Shown piece after piece: positions 39,506-50,296 of a DNA stretch of 64,000 nucleotides. The notes beneath the pieces were generated by a model. The model worked only from the letters and a program-made list of their open reading frames with translations, was not told the DNA's origin and searched no databases. Numbering within the stretch: the stretch's first letter is position 1; every line of letters begins with the position of its first letter. Position numbers and translations under genes: made by a program. This DNA comes from an uncultured Prochlorococcus sp. (GTDB taxonomy: Bacteria > Cyanobacteriota > Cyanobacteriia > PCC-6307 > Cyanobiaceae): contig CACEWU010000004.1 in NCBI GenBank assembly GCA_902563335.1, forward strand, positions 6,932 to 70,931. The letters are read 5' to 3'.

Positions 39506-41434
39506 ATGCCTCAGCAAATTGTCATCGCTGAGCAGCTGCGAATAGCAGCTTTGCTCACCGATGAGCGAGTAGACGAGCTCATCGTCGCCCAAGGTCGCTA
39601 CCAAATCGGAGATGTCTATCTAGGGACTGTCGAAAATGTCCTACCAGGAATAGATGCCGCTTTCGTCAATATTGGTGAAAGCGAAAAAAATGGTTTTATT
39701 CATGTCACCGATTTAGGTCCTCTTCGACTGAAAAAAGGCGCCGCTGGGATAACTGAATTACTTGAGCCACGCCAAAAAGTTTTGGTTCAAGTTATGAAAG
39801 AACCAACTGGCACTAAAGGGCCAAGGCTTACAGGCAACTTGGCACTTCCCGGTCGCTACCTAGTTCTTCAACCACATGGACAAGGAGTAAACATATCTAG
39901 GCGAATCAACTCTGAAGGGGAACGTAATCGTCTTCGAGCATTAGGAGTATTAGTAAAGCCTCCTGGGAGCGGCCTTCTTATAAGAACTGAAGCCGATGGC
40001 ATTGCCGAAGACTTGCTAATTGACGACCTAGAGGCACTCCTAAGGCAATGGGAAGCAATCCAACAAACTGCTGAGAATTACACACCCCCAGTACTGCTAA
40101 ATCGTGACGAAGATTTCATTCATCGAATTCTTCGAGACCATGTCGGTCCAGAGGTTGTGCGCGTTGTCGTAGAAGATGAGCCAGCAGTTGAACGTGCAAA
40201 CGTATTTTTAGGTCAAGATGGAACAAATGTTTCAGTCCAATCTCATACTGATCCAACATCTCTTCTGGAGTTTTACAAAGTCAATGCAGCTATACGCGAT
40301 GCCCTCAGGCCAAGAGTAGATCTACCTTCAGGGGGATACATAATCATCGAGCCCACCGAGGCATTAACAGTTATTGATGTCAATTCCGGCTCTTTTACTC
40401 GCTCTGCAAATGCAAGGGAAACAGTGTTATGGACAAACTGTGAGGCCGCAATTGAGATAGCTCGTCAGCTAAAACTTCGCAATATTGGAGGCGTAATAAT
40501 TATCGACTTCATTGATATGGAGTCAAGAAGAGACCAACTTCAATTACTAGAACATTTCACCTCAGCAGTGAAAGATGATTCTGCGAGGCCTCAAATAGCC
40601 CAATTAACTGAACTTGGATTAGTCGAACTAACAAGAAAACGTCAAGGTCAAAATATTTATGAATTATTTGGTAGACCATGCACTAACTGTGTCGGCCTTG
40701 GTCATGTGGCTGTACTCCCAGGGAAAGAAATCCTTCAGCCATTAGCAAATGCTATAGGTCTTGTCAAAACTACACTTCCAAATCGTTCAGAAGCACCAAT
40801 TGCTTCAGACCCCAACAACGTTCGCAGAAAAAGAAATGGTAGAAATCGACTAGGTGTCGAAGTCCCTTCTATATCTAATTCACAACAATTATCTACCCCT
40901 GATACGACTTCACATGTTCCAGACACCTCTGAAGAGGGAGCATCCGCAGAAGCTCCTTCACATAGACAAGAACCTGAATTGATTTCCGTGAAGATGGATC
41001 CTGTCCAAGAGGAGGTTTATGGGTTACTTGGATTAAATCCACTCCTGCTGTTAGAAGATCTCCCTGAAAAAGAAAATCTTTTGATACGTGTAGTTCGACC
41101 TGGCGAAGATGCAGATGCTGTGCTTGAGGAAGCACGTAAACAATTACTGGCTAGTTCTGGTCGACGAAGAAGACGAGGGCGAAATGGTCGAACTTTTCCT
41201 CGTGGCGTAGTTGAAGGACCTAATAGCATTGAAGGAGAAGTGATAGTCAAAGACTCGGAATCAGACGGTCAAAATGAACAATTAAACGTAGCTATAACTC
41301 CTATTGAAACTAGTGAATTACCAAACACTAATGACTCAGTTACTAGTCCTTCTAGTGCTCCTAATCAAGAAGAAGTAGTAGAAGATCCTCGACGGCGTCG
41401 CCGTCGCTCATCAGCGTCCAAAGAAAATGCATAA
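39506..41434 (+). CDS. rne: ribonuclease E (cyanobacterial short form)
   Basis: An S1 domain at the N-terminus and the catalytic [10 protein letters not shown] block are present. Arg-rich C-terminal segments include the terminal RRRRRRSSA motif. Confidence 0.93.
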   Translation: MPQQIVIAEQLRIAALLTDERVDELIVAQGRYQIGDVYLGTVENVLPGIDAAFVNIGESEKNGFIHVTDLGPLRLKKGAAGITELLEPRQKVLVQVMKEPTGTKGPRLTGNLALPGRYLVLQPHGQGVNISRRINSEGERNRLRALGVLVKPPGSGLLIRTEADGIAEDLLIDDLEALLRQWEAIQQTAENYTPPVLLNRDEDFIHRILRDHVGPEVVRVVVEDEPAVERANVFLGQDGTNVSVQSHTDPTSLLEFYKVNAAIRDALRPRVDLPSGGYIIIEPTEALTVIDVNSGSFTRSANARETVLWTNCEAAIEIARQLKLRNIGGVIIIDFIDMESRRDQLQLLEHFTSAVKDDSARPQIAQLTELGLVELTRKRQGQNIYELFGRPCTNCVGLGHVAVLPGKEILQPLANAIGLVKTTLPNRSEAPIASDPNNVRRKRNGRNRLGVEVPSISNSQQLSTPDTTSHVPDTSEEGASAEAPSHRQEPELISVKMDPVQEEVYGLLGLNPLLLLEDLPEKENLLIRVVRPGEDADAVLEEARKQLLASSGRRRRRGRNGRTFPRGVVEGPNSIEGEVIVKDSESDGQNEQLNVAITPIETSELPNTNDSVTSPSSAPNQEEVVEDPRRRRRRSSASKENA

Positions 41435-42029
41435 ACAAAAAGGACTCATAGCTGGAGTAGATGAAGTTGGGAGAGGTTGTCTGTTTGGTCCTGTTTTTGC
41501 TGGTGCTGTTGTCCTAAGTGAAGATGCCAAAACACTATTACTTAATGCTGGCCTAAAAGACAGCAAGAAGTTAACTCCCAAAAAAAGGGCTCAATTAGTT
41601 CCAATGATTGAAGATCTAGCTTTGTCCTGGGGGCTTGGTCAGGCATCATCTAGAGAAATTGATTTAATTGGTATTCGAAGCGCGACTGAAAAAGCAATGC
41701 TTAGAGCCCTTCAACGAATCCAATTGCCGATAAAAATAGTTCATGTAGATGGAATCCTTCCACTGCGGATCTGGGAAGGGGAACAAATTACTTTGAAAAA
41801 TGGAGAGAGTGCTTCACCTGCAATTGCTGCTGCAAGCGTTTTAGCAAAAGAATCACGAGACAACCTTCTCAAAAGGATTGCTATTCAATTCCCTGATTAT
41901 GGATTCGAAAGGCATTTTGGATATGGCACACAGCTTCACAGGAACGCTTTATTTAAGTTAGGGATAACACCATTACATCGAAGATCTTTTCTTTCTAAAT
42001 TTGTTACAGAAGCAGAATCTGTCTTTTAA
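41427..42029 (+). CDS. rnhB: ribonuclease HII
   Basis: The active-site motif [14 protein letters not shown] is present. The start overlaps the last 8 nt of rne. Confidence 0.9.
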   Translation: MHKQKGLIAGVDEVGRGCLFGPVFAGAVVLSEDAKTLLLNAGLKDSKKLTPKKRAQLVPMIEDLALSWGLGQASSREIDLIGIRSATEKAMLRALQRIQLPIKIVHVDGILPLRIWEGEQITLKNGESASPAIAAASVLAKESRDNLLKRIAIQFPDYGFERHFGYGTQLHRNALFKLGITPLHRRSFLSKFVTEAESVF

Positions 42030-42038
42030 AGAAAGTCA

Positions 42039-42569
42039 TTATTCGGAACACCATTTACTGAAGTCCGCTAACAGCTGCTTCCCAACACGAGCCTTAATAC
42101 CAAGCAAAATGCCATTAAGGATCGAATGTCCTGTACTTTCCAAAACTTGCTTTGGAATCAATTTCAATAGCGGTGGCTGGCTAACTGTTACTCCAAGGAG
42201 AGCCTGACCCTCCAACCCTCTTGAGGTCGCCTCCAGAGTGGCATCAAGGCTTAACTCAAAGTCATCCACCAAGCCAAGGCCATCAAGTTCACTTTCAGTA
42301 GCATGCATTTTCAGCTTACCTTCAGTATTAACTACACCTATTGATACGACTGGATTAACCTCCAACTGAAAGACCTTAAAGCTAGTTACTGTGTAACGGA
42401 AGCTCCCTGGCCCCAATGGAGTGAGCTTCTTGGGATCCAGCATTGCTCCAACAACTCGTTCTTGCTGAAGCAAATAAGCAGGGAGACGCTCAGCGTTAAT
42501 CCCTACCGGCAGATCCAATTTCTGACGGGCTTGAAAAGCCAGAGGCATGATCGGTGCCTGACCAGTCAT
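42039..42569 (-). CDS. DUF1997 family protein
   Basis: The 176-aa soluble protein has a sequence pattern (LPAYLLQQERVV...FKVFQLEVNPVV...LLADFSKW) that matches my memory of DUF1997. The function is unknown. Confidence 0.6.
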   Translation of the reverse strand: MTGQAPIMPLAFQARQKLDLPVGINAERLPAYLLQQERVVGAMLDPKKLTPLGPGSFRYTVTSFKVFQLEVNPVVSIGVVNTEGKLKMHATESELDGLGLVDDFELSLDATLEATSRGLEGQALLGVTVSQPPLLKLIPKQVLESTGHSILNGILLGIKARVGKQLLADFSKWCSE

Positions 42570-42602
42570 GATCCTATCGACCTTTCCGCTCAGTTTTATT
42601 AA

Positions 42603-43445
42603 ATGCCGACACGAGTGGCTTATTTAGGCCCTGAGGGAACATATGCAGAACAAGCTGCTTATTCTTTGGCAGAGCTTGAAAAGATTAAAGAACCAGACTT
42701 TGTCCCTTGCATTGGTATTCGGACAGTTGTGGAACAATTAGCAAAAAAACTTTGTGATTTTGCAGTAATCCCTATCGAAAACTCTGTCGAGGGTGGTGTT
42801 ACGACAAGTCTCGATTGCCTTTGGTCCAATCCAGATTTATTTATTAAAAGAGCACTTGTTTTACCAATTCAACACTGCCTAGTCGGGAGCGGCGCCATCA
42901 ATGAAATCTCTGAGGTTTTATCACACCCCCAAGCACTTGCTCAATGCAGTGACTGGCTAAATCAACATCTACCTGGCGCGCTCCAACTGCCTACAAATTC
43001 GACCTCAGCAGCCGCCAGAATGGTTGTAAATAGTAATTTCCGTGCAGCCATAGCTTCAAAAGCAGCTTGCAATCTCCCAGGAATCAAAGAGCTGGCTTTC
43101 CCAATTAATGATATTGCTGGTAACCGAACGAGATTTGTATTACTACAACGCGAGGAGATTGATCAAACAGGTGATCTGATCAGCTTAGCTTTCTCTCTAC
43201 ACGCAAACTCACCTGGTGCATTATTAGAAGCTCTTAATTGCATCGCAACTTTAGGGCTAAATATGAGTAGAATTGAATCTCGGCCCTCCAAAAGAGAATT
43301 AGGTGAATATATATTTTTTGTAGATCTCGAGCTGCCTAGTGAAGATAAAAATGTTTACAAAAAGCTGTCGAGTCTACTAAACCCTTTGTGTGAGCATCTG
43401 GTTCATTTTGGATCATATAAAAGTACTGAAAGTATCTCCGGTTAA
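42603..43445 (+). CDS. pheA: prephenate dehydratase
   Basis: The protein has VAYLGPEGTYAEQAA at the N-terminus, TRFVLL, and the ACT-domain motif SRIESRPSKRELGEYIFFVDL. Confidence 0.9.
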   Translation: MPTRVAYLGPEGTYAEQAAYSLAELEKIKEPDFVPCIGIRTVVEQLAKKLCDFAVIPIENSVEGGVTTSLDCLWSNPDLFIKRALVLPIQHCLVGSGAINEISEVLSHPQALAQCSDWLNQHLPGALQLPTNSTSAAARMVVNSNFRAAIASKAACNLPGIKELAFPINDIAGNRTRFVLLQREEIDQTGDLISLAFSLHANSPGALLEALNCIATLGLNMSRIESRPSKRELGEYIFFVDLELPSEDKNVYKKLSSLLNPLCEHLVHFGSYKSTESISG

Positions 43446-43447
43446 AT

Positions 43448-44386
43448 TCATCCTCGACTTCGAAAGACACCAAATTTCATAAGACCTTTTGCAAAAGCCC
43501 AATGCATTAACAAAATAGTAGGGATCTCTCGCAATCCCTTGAAAAATGCTGCTGGGCCTAATCCAATAATTGCATGAGGCCTACGAATACCTTCAAAAAC
43601 AGAATCAAGCCAAGATGGGATAGTAAAAACTGTCCAATCAGCCATTTCTACAGGCCCACCACAAAAACGACTGTCTAATAAACTCTTTTTAAATCCATTC
43701 ATACTGGAAAACTCTGGATGGGCCCATTGATCAAGCAGATGATGCATTACACCTCTCTCTAAATGGTTCATCTTTCCATTTATTGGATCGCGAATATTCC
43801 AATCTGCTACTGCCAAAACCCCTCCGGGTCTAAGGACCCTAAGCATTTCATCTGCATATCTCTTTTTATCTACCATATGTGGACCAGCTTCCACACTCCA
43901 AACTCCATCAAAGAAACCATTTTCAATTTTCAAATCAAGCGCATCCATAACCTCAAACTGACAAGAAAGGTCACTTGGGGTAAGTTCTTTTGCACGCCTA
44001 ATCTGTTCCGGACTAATACTTATTCCAAGGACATCAAATCCATAATCTTTAGCAAGAATTCTTGCACTACCTCCAATACCACATCCAATATCAATGATTT
44101 GAGAACCTCTTGGCAACTGATCTAGACCGCTCCAACGAATCAATTCATGAACAAAATCAACTTTTGCCTCTCGAAAATCTTTTTTTGAAAACCGTTTTTG
44201 ATAGTAACCAAGATGAATATGATCGCCCCAAAGCCGTTCAAGAAGCGCATCATTTGTCCAGTTATCATAAGCAGAAGCGACGCTTCTACTTGTAACATAC
44301 TTACGATCTTTACTTGACCAAGTATAAATATAAGCCCCCAATAAGAAAGCCACTAAAGTAAAGATTAAAAGCCAGATACTCATCAA
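43448..44386 (-). CDS. MPBQ/MSBQ methyltransferase-like SAM-dependent methyltransferase (plastoquinone/tocopherol pathway)
   Basis: After an N-terminal TM helix come AYDNWTNDALLERLWGDHIHLGYY, DIGCGIGGSARILAKDYGF, WSVEAGPHM and EIPTILLM. These closely track my memory of Synechocystis Sll0418 (VTE3 type). Confidence 0.75.
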   Translation of the reverse strand: MMSIWLLIFTLVAFLLGAYIYTWSSKDRKYVTSRSVASAYDNWTNDALLERLWGDHIHLGYYQKRFSKKDFREAKVDFVHELIRWSGLDQLPRGSQIIDIGCGIGGSARILAKDYGFDVLGISISPEQIRRAKELTPSDLSCQFEVMDALDLKIENGFFDGVWSVEAGPHMVDKKRYADEMLRVLRPGGVLAVADWNIRDPINGKMNHLERGVMHHLLDQWAHPEFSSMNGFKKSLLDSRFCGGPVEMADWTVFTIPSWLDSVFEGIRRPHAIIGLGPAAFFKGLREIPTILLMHWAFAKGLMKFGVFRSRG

Positions 44387-45045
44387 TTATTGGCCTGATC
44401 AACATTTGAGAAAGTATCTTTTAACGCTGTGCGTGCGGCCAATTGTTTCCTGGTATGATCTAGCATTTCATACTCTCGCTTTAGGCGATAGAAAGTATCG
44501 CTAATTTCAAGCAATTTTTGTTGCTCGTCAGCTACTGGACCTCCAAGATGAGCACCTATCCAAAAGGAAAGCTCTCTTGGTAAGTCGGGGAGATCTTCAG
44601 GAAGAGATGTGTCAGAGTCTGTAAGTTTTCCAGTGAGCGTAACCACATCAAGCAATGCTTCTTTAACTGATTCGGAAAGCTTTTGGAGCTTGTCCTGATC
44701 ATCAACCTTTTCATCTTCTATCCAACTCACAACTGCACTTACAAAAGGAGAGTCCTTAGTAACCTCAAGCACACGAAAACGTTGCTGACCAAGCGTAATA
44801 ATGTTGCTCCTTCCATCATCAAATGTCTGATGCTTAATGATCTCAGCACAACACCCCACATCTGCCATCTTCTTATTTGTGGGATCCCATCGCACAACGC
44901 CAAAACGATTATCACTCTCTAAAACCTGCTGAAGCATTATGCGATATCTAGCTTCAAAAATATGAAGAGGAAGAACCTCCTGCGGGAAAAGAACAACCTC
45001 AGGGAGAGGGAAAAGAGGCAATTCCCTGACTGCTAATTCGGTCAC
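44383..45045 (-). CDS. LON N-terminal (substrate-binding) domain protein
   Basis: LPLFPLPEVVLFPQEVLPLHIFEARYRIM is typical of the Lon N domain. No ATPase or protease domain is present. The stop overlaps the methyltransferase start by 4 nt. Confidence 0.8.
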   Translation of the reverse strand: MTELAVRELPLFPLPEVVLFPQEVLPLHIFEARYRIMLQQVLESDNRFGVVRWDPTNKKMADVGCCAEIIKHQTFDDGRSNIITLGQQRFRVLEVTKDSPFVSAVVSWIEDEKVDDQDKLQKLSESVKEALLDVVTLTGKLTDSDTSLPEDLPDLPRELSFWIGAHLGGPVADEQQKLLEISDTFYRLKREYEMLDHTRKQLAARTALKDTFSNVDQANN

Positions 45046-45113
45046 AGGGAGATAATCCCAAACTCACAAAACAATCCTAGAGACCTGATCAGAATATTGA
45101 TGACTAAATGGAG

Positions 45114-45434
45114 TCAGAGCTTAACCTCAATATCAACACCACTAGGCAAATCTAATTTCATTAAAGCATCAATAGTCTTGGCTGAAGGGTTGTAAATGTC
45201 AATAATTCTGCGGTGGGTACGTGTCTCAAAATGCTCTCTCGAATCTTTGTCTACATGTGGAGAGCGAAGGACACAGTAAATTTTTCGTTTTGTAGGGAGA
45301 GGAATAGGCCCTATTGCTGTAGCTGCGGTGTTGTCAGCTGTCTCAATAATTTTTTCACAAGAAAGATCCAACATCCTTCTGTCAAAAGCCTTAAGGCGAA
45401 TACGTATCTTCTGCTGTGCAATAGCCGTTGACAT
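45114..45434 (-). CDS. rpsJ: 30S ribosomal protein S10
   Basis: [24 protein letters not shown] ... [14 protein letters not shown] is the canonical S10 sequence. Confidence 0.97.
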   Translation of the reverse strand: MSTAIAQQKIRIRLKAFDRRMLDLSCEKIIETADNTAATAIGPIPLPTKRKIYCVLRSPHVDKDSREHFETRTHRRIIDIYNPSAKTIDALMKLDLPSGVDIEVKL

Positions 45435-45599
45435 AACTATGACTCAAAGGAATCCCCCTAAAGGGAGAAAGAGTGGTTTTCGAGGTTCTTGGAGGTTTGA
45501 GAAGTAAATTGACCCCTTTCTTTGAAAGGCCTCCAATTTATCTAATCTAAAGGATGACCTGGCCAATTAACCAGGACCAGGCCACCTCTTGACAACAAC

Positions 45600-46793
45600 T
45601 TACTCAATAATCTTTGAAACTACTCCCGCACCGATGGTACGTCCTCCTTCACGAATAGCGAAGCGCATACCTTGCTCAATAGCAACAGGACAAATCAATT
45701 CTCCTGTCATCTTGATACGGTCACCGGGCATAACCATTTCAACATTACTTCCATCATCAGAAGTAAATGCTGTGATCTGTCCGGTCACATCAGTTGTTCG
45801 AATGTAAAACTGTGGGCGATATCCAGCAAAGAAAGGTGTATGCCTTCCACCTTCTTCTTTTTTAAGAACATAAACCTCGCCTTCGAACTTGGTATGAGGA
45901 GTAATAGATCCCTTCTTAACAAGAACCATGCCCCTTTCAATATCTTCCTTTTGAATTCCTCGAAGCAAAAGACCAACATTATCTCCTGCCATACCTTCAT
46001 CCAAAAGTTTCCTAAACATCTCTACTCCAGTAACTGTTGTCAGCCTGGTTTCTTTAATGCCAACAATCTCAACTTCCTCTCCTACTTTCACCTTGCCTCT
46101 TTCAATTCTACCGGTTGCAACTGTGCCACGACCCGTGATTGAAAAGACATCCTCAATTGCCATCAGGAATGGCTTGTCAACTTCTCTCTCTGGTTCTGGG
46201 ATAGAAGTATCAACTGCCTTCATCAATTCTTCAATCTTGGATTCCCAATCAGCATCACCTTCTAAAGCTTTTAGTCCAGAAACTTTGACAATTGGGACAT
46301 CATTAAAACCATAACCTTCAAGCAATTCACCTATCTCCATTTCAACCAGCTCAATAATTTCTTCATCGTCAACCATGTCACATTTATTCAACGCAACAAC
46401 AAGAGCAGGTACCCCAACTTGCTTAGCCAAAAGAATGTGTTCCTTTGTCTGAGCCATTGGACCATCAGTTGCAGCACAAACAAGAATGGCTCCATCCATT
46501 TGAGCTGCACCAGTAATCATATTTTTTACGTAATCAGCATGACCAGGGCAATCAACGTGAGCATAGTGCCGACCGTCTGTTTCATACTCAACGTGGGCAG
46601 TGTTAATAGTGATGCCACGTTCACGCTCTTCTGGAGCACCATCAATGTCTCCATAGTCTTGGGCCTTGGCCTGGCCCTTCTTAGCGAGCACATTGGTAAT
46701 TGCTGCCGTTAAGGTCGTTTTCCCATGATCAACATGACCAATAGTGCCAATGTTGACGTGAGGCTTGTTTCTCTCAAACTTCTCGCGAGCCAT
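45600..46793 (-). CDS. tuf: elongation factor Tu
   Basis: The [23 protein letters not shown] and NKCD motifs are present. Confidence 0.98.
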   Translation of the reverse strand: MAREKFERNKPHVNIGTIGHVDHGKTTLTAAITNVLAKKGQAKAQDYGDIDGAPEERERGITINTAHVEYETDGRHYAHVDCPGHADYVKNMITGAAQMDGAILVCAATDGPMAQTKEHILLAKQVGVPALVVALNKCDMVDDEEIIELVEMEIGELLEGYGFNDVPIVKVSGLKALEGDADWESKIEELMKAVDTSIPEPEREVDKPFLMAIEDVFSITGRGTVATGRIERGKVKVGEEVEIVGIKETRLTTVTGVEMFRKLLDEGMAGDNVGLLLRGIQKEDIERGMVLVKKGSITPHTKFEGEVYVLKKEEGGRHTPFFAGYRPQFYIRTTDVTGQITAFTSDDGSNVEMVMPGDRIKMTGELICPVAIEQGMRFAIREGGRTIGAGVVSKIIE

Positions 46794-46839
46794 TTTGTTA
46801 AAGAATCGGGGGTGGAAAGTAGGTTTTAGAGATCAGGAA

Positions 46840-48912
46840 TTAATTGCCCTGATTCTTAGAGATGATGGCTTCAGCCACATTACGAGGAACTTCCTCATAA
46901 TTGCTGAACTCCATTGAAAAGATACCCCGACCTTGTGTCATTGATCGGAGTTGTGTGGCGTAGCCGAACATTTCAGCCAGTGGCACTTTGGCACTAACTT
47001 TAGACAGCCCATCGTCTATGGACTGTCCTTCAACCTGACCTCGTCTTGAGGAAAGGTCACCAATAATAGAGCCAAGGAAATCCTCAGGGGCCTCAACTTC
47101 AACCTTCATCATGGGCTCAAGAAGCACAGGGTTGCACTTCTTGACCCCATCCTTGAAAGCCATTGATCCTGCGATCTTAAAAGCCATTTCTGATGAGTCC
47201 ACATCATGATATGACCCATCAACCATTGTGACCTTCACATCGATAAGAGGGTATCCGGCTATCACACCAGACTCACAGGTCTCCCTCATACCAGATTCGG
47301 CAGGCTTGATGTATTCCTTAGGAACAACACCGCCAACAATTTTGTTGACAAATTCAAACCCTGTTCCAGGCTCCCCAGGCTCCACTTCTATAACCACATG
47401 GCCATATTGTCCTTTACCTCCTGTCTGCCGGGCAAACTTACCTTCACCTGATGAGCTTGCACGAATAGTTTCTCTATAAGAAACCTGAGGTGCACCAATA
47501 TTTGCTTCAACCTTGAACTCTCGAAGCATCCTGTCTACCAGGATCTCGAGATGTAGCTCCCCCATCCCCGCAATCACTGTTTGATTGGTTTCAGGGTCAG
47601 TACTAACCCTGAATGTCGGATCTTCTTCTGCGAGAGCCGTAAGTGCTTTGCCAAGTTTTTCCATATCCCCTTTAGTCTTAGGCTCTACTGCAACAGAGAT
47701 GACTGGTTCAGGTATATAAAGCGTTTCTAAAACTATTGGATCATCTGCAGCACATAAAGTATCTCCAGTAGTCGTGTTCTTTAGTCCTAATACTGCCCCT
47801 AAATCACCTGCTCGCAACTCATTTACCTCTTCACGATCATCTGCTTTAAGAATGATCAAGCGAGATATTCTCTCTTTCTCGTCTTTCGTTGAATTCATTA
47901 CATAGCTACCTTTCTCAAGAACTCCTGAATACATCCGTACAAAGGTCAGCTTTCCATAAGGATCTGCCATGACTTTAAATGCCAACGCACTAAAAGATGC
48001 GCTGTCATCAGAGGGTCGCACTGCCTCTTTACCACTTGGAAGCAATCCCTGAATAGGAGGCACATCAACTGGAGCTGGCAAATAATCAACGACTGCATCA
48101 AGTAAAAGTTGAACACCTTTGTTTTTAAAGGCAGAACCACAAAGCATTGGTACTAAGCCATGCTTCAAAACCCCTTCTCTTATTCCTTCTTGAAGCTGAA
48201 CCTGAGTTAATTCCCCGGTCTCAAGAAAAGCCTCAATGAGCTTTTCATCTGTTTCAGCAATAGATTCCATCAATTTCTCACGCCATTCAGCTGCCAAATC
48301 CGCCATATCAGCAGGAATTTCAGTCTCCTCAATATCCTTTCCTAGATCATCTTTATAAATAAATGCTTTGTTCTTGACTAAGTCGATAATGCCGACCAAG
48401 TCATTCTCAGCGCCAATAGGCAGCTGAAGAGGGACAGCATTCGCCTTTAAGCGATCTTTTATTTGTCCATGAACTTTCAAGAAATCAGCTCCAGTTCGGT
48501 CCATCTTGTTAACAAAGACCATTCGTGGAACTGAATATCGATCTGCCTGGCGCCAAACAGTTTCAGATTGAGGTTGAACCCCACCAACTGCACAAAAGAC
48601 TGCAATCACCCCGTCAAGCACCCTCATAGAGCGCTCAACTTCGATCGTGAAGTCAACGTGACCGGGAGTATCAATAATGTTTATTCGATGATCTTTCCAA
48701 GTAGTAGAAATTGCAGCCGCAGTAATCGTTATTCCACGCTCTCTCTCTTGAGCCATCCAATCAGTAACGGCAGCACCATCATGAACCTCTCCCATTTTGT
48801 GCACAACACCGGAATAAAACAGGATGCGCTCGGTGCAAGTTGTTTTACCAGCGTCAATATGGGCTGCGATGCCAATATTTCGGACGCGTTCCAATGCGAA
48901 GGCACGAGCCAC
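46840..48912 (-). CDS. fusA: elongation factor G
   Basis: The [23 protein letters not shown] and NKMD motifs are present, and the length is 690 aa. Confidence 0.98.
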   Translation of the reverse strand: MARAFALERVRNIGIAAHIDAGKTTCTERILFYSGVVHKMGEVHDGAAVTDWMAQERERGITITAAAISTTWKDHRINIIDTPGHVDFTIEVERSMRVLDGVIAVFCAVGGVQPQSETVWRQADRYSVPRMVFVNKMDRTGADFLKVHGQIKDRLKANAVPLQLPIGAENDLVGIIDLVKNKAFIYKDDLGKDIEETEIPADMADLAAEWREKLMESIAETDEKLIEAFLETGELTQVQLQEGIREGVLKHGLVPMLCGSAFKNKGVQLLLDAVVDYLPAPVDVPPIQGLLPSGKEAVRPSDDSASFSALAFKVMADPYGKLTFVRMYSGVLEKGSYVMNSTKDEKERISRLIILKADDREEVNELRAGDLGAVLGLKNTTTGDTLCAADDPIVLETLYIPEPVISVAVEPKTKGDMEKLGKALTALAEEDPTFRVSTDPETNQTVIAGMGELHLEILVDRMLREFKVEANIGAPQVSYRETIRASSSGEGKFARQTGGKGQYGHVVIEVEPGEPGTGFEFVNKIVGGVVPKEYIKPAESGMRETCESGVIAGYPLIDVKVTMVDGSYHDVDSSEMAFKIAGSMAFKDGVKKCNPVLLEPMMKVEVEAPEDFLGSIIGDLSSRRGQVEGQSIDDGLSKVSAKVPLAEMFGYATQLRSMTQGRGIFSMEFSNYEEVPRNVAEAIISKNQGN

Positions 48913-49000
48913 AGGAAAATCTCCGGATTGAGGAGTTAAAAAACGGATCAGACTCTACAGGTCGACCCTCTTGTTTTGAATATTAAGAGAGCCTACTAGT

Positions 49001-49471
49001 TCAATAGCGGTAATGAGCAAAGGCCTTATTTGCTTCTGCCATCTTGTGGGTTTCTTCTCTTTTGCGAACTGCACTACCTGCCTCATTAGCTGCATCCATT
49101 AGCTCCCCAGCCAACTTCTGGGCCATACTCCTGCCATTTCGTGACCGAGAAAAACTTACTAACCATCTAAGTGCCATTGCAGTACCCCTTTCCTGACGAA
49201 CTTCCATAGGGACCTGATAAGTAGCTCCCCCAACTCTCCGCGCTCTTACTTCTACTAGCGGAGTAGCGTTTTTCACTGCGGTCTCAAAAAGTTCAATGGG
49301 GTCGTTACCAGTGCGCTCATTAATCAGCCCAAAAGCCTCAGCAAGAATTTTTTGAGCTGTTGATTTTTTTCCATGCTTCATAAGCCTCGCAACCATCATT
49401 GTTGCTAGCCGATTATTAAACTGAGGATCTGGAAGAACTGGGCGTTTTTCTGCAGCGTTTCGACGAGACAT
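49001..49471 (-). CDS. rpsG: 30S ribosomal protein S7
   Basis: The sequence matches canonical S7 ([16 protein letters not shown] ... [16 protein letters not shown]). Confidence 0.97.
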   Translation of the reverse strand: MSRRNAAEKRPVLPDPQFNNRLATMMVARLMKHGKKSTAQKILAEAFGLINERTGNDPIELFETAVKNATPLVEVRARRVGGATYQVPMEVRQERGTAMALRWLVSFSRSRNGRSMAQKLAGELMDAANEAGSAVRKREETHKMAEANKAFAHYRY

Positions 49472-49533
49472 TTGTACGGAATAGAGAGAATGAACTTGTA
49501 ATAAGAATTTAATTGAACTAATTAATTATTTAT

Positions 49534-49908
49534 CTATTCCTTTGGAGATTTTGCACCATATTTTGATCTGGCCTGACGTCGATCTTTTACACCTGCAGTA
49601 TCAAGAGTCCCACGAATTATGTGATACCGAACTCCCGGCAGATCCTTGACTCTTCCACCACGAAGTAATACAACAGAGTGCTCTTGAAGGTTGTGACCAA
49701 TTCCAGGGATGTAGGCAGTAACCTCAAACCCAGAGGTCAGACGAACTCGAGCAACTTTGCGTAATGCAGAGTTGGGTTTTTTGGGAGTGGAAGTGTAAAC
49801 GCGCGTACATACTCCACGGCGCTCAGGGCAAGCCTTCAAAGCTGGAGACTTGGTTTTACGAGAGAGGCGTTGCCTCTCAGTTCGAATCAGCTGTTGAATG
49901 GTTGGCAT
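49534..49908 (-). CDS. rpsL: 30S ribosomal protein S12
   Basis: The sequence matches canonical S12 (MPTIQQLIR ... [17 protein letters not shown]). Confidence 0.97.
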   Translation of the reverse strand: MPTIQQLIRTERQRLSRKTKSPALKACPERRGVCTRVYTSTPKKPNSALRKVARVRLTSGFEVTAYIPGIGHNLQEHSVVLLRGGRVKDLPGVRYHIIRGTLDTAGVKDRRQARSKYGAKSPKE

Positions 49909-50296
49909 CGACTATTAGCTTTTGATCGGGATTAAGATCTGATCCACAGTCCTACACATTACTGGGTCGCCTCACCAAATTCCTAATCAAGACAAAGAAA
50001 AATTTTTGTCTAAGGACCACTCATCACCCGACTTAGAAAAGTAAAGGTCTACCAAAGGAGACTCCAATTAGACATAGAAATACAAGGCTTTGTAGCTCTA
50101 AACTAGAGTTTCAAAGAAAATCAACTAATTCTAATTTTCTTACTATCTAGACATAATAGAGACTACAAAATTAGCGAAGAACAATACTTCGCGCTAAAAA
50201 AATCTGTTCAAGGCACTCGGAAAACTAGGATTATCAGTTAGTAGTGCTAGTAATTCCAGGTTGCCGCAATCCACGGATGCAGTTCAGTTGAAGGTT

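Noticed and set aside
45589-46712. Multiple plus-strand ORFs (72-156 aa) lie antisense to tuf.
   Set aside because: They are shadow ORFs opposite a highly expressed, codon-biased gene and contain no motifs.
50041-50052. GTAaaggtcTAC upstream of gltB is a possible NtcA box.
   Set aside because: The spacing is GTA-N6-TAC rather than the required GTA-N8-TAC. No suitably placed -10 element could be identified with confidence.
50174-50192. The hairpin GCGAAG-aacaata-CTTCGC is followed by an A-run in the rpsL-gltB divergent spacer.
   Set aside because: It is only 6 bp long. Its orientation and position (upstream of both divergent genes) do not fit a terminator, and the evidence for a regulatory role is insufficient.
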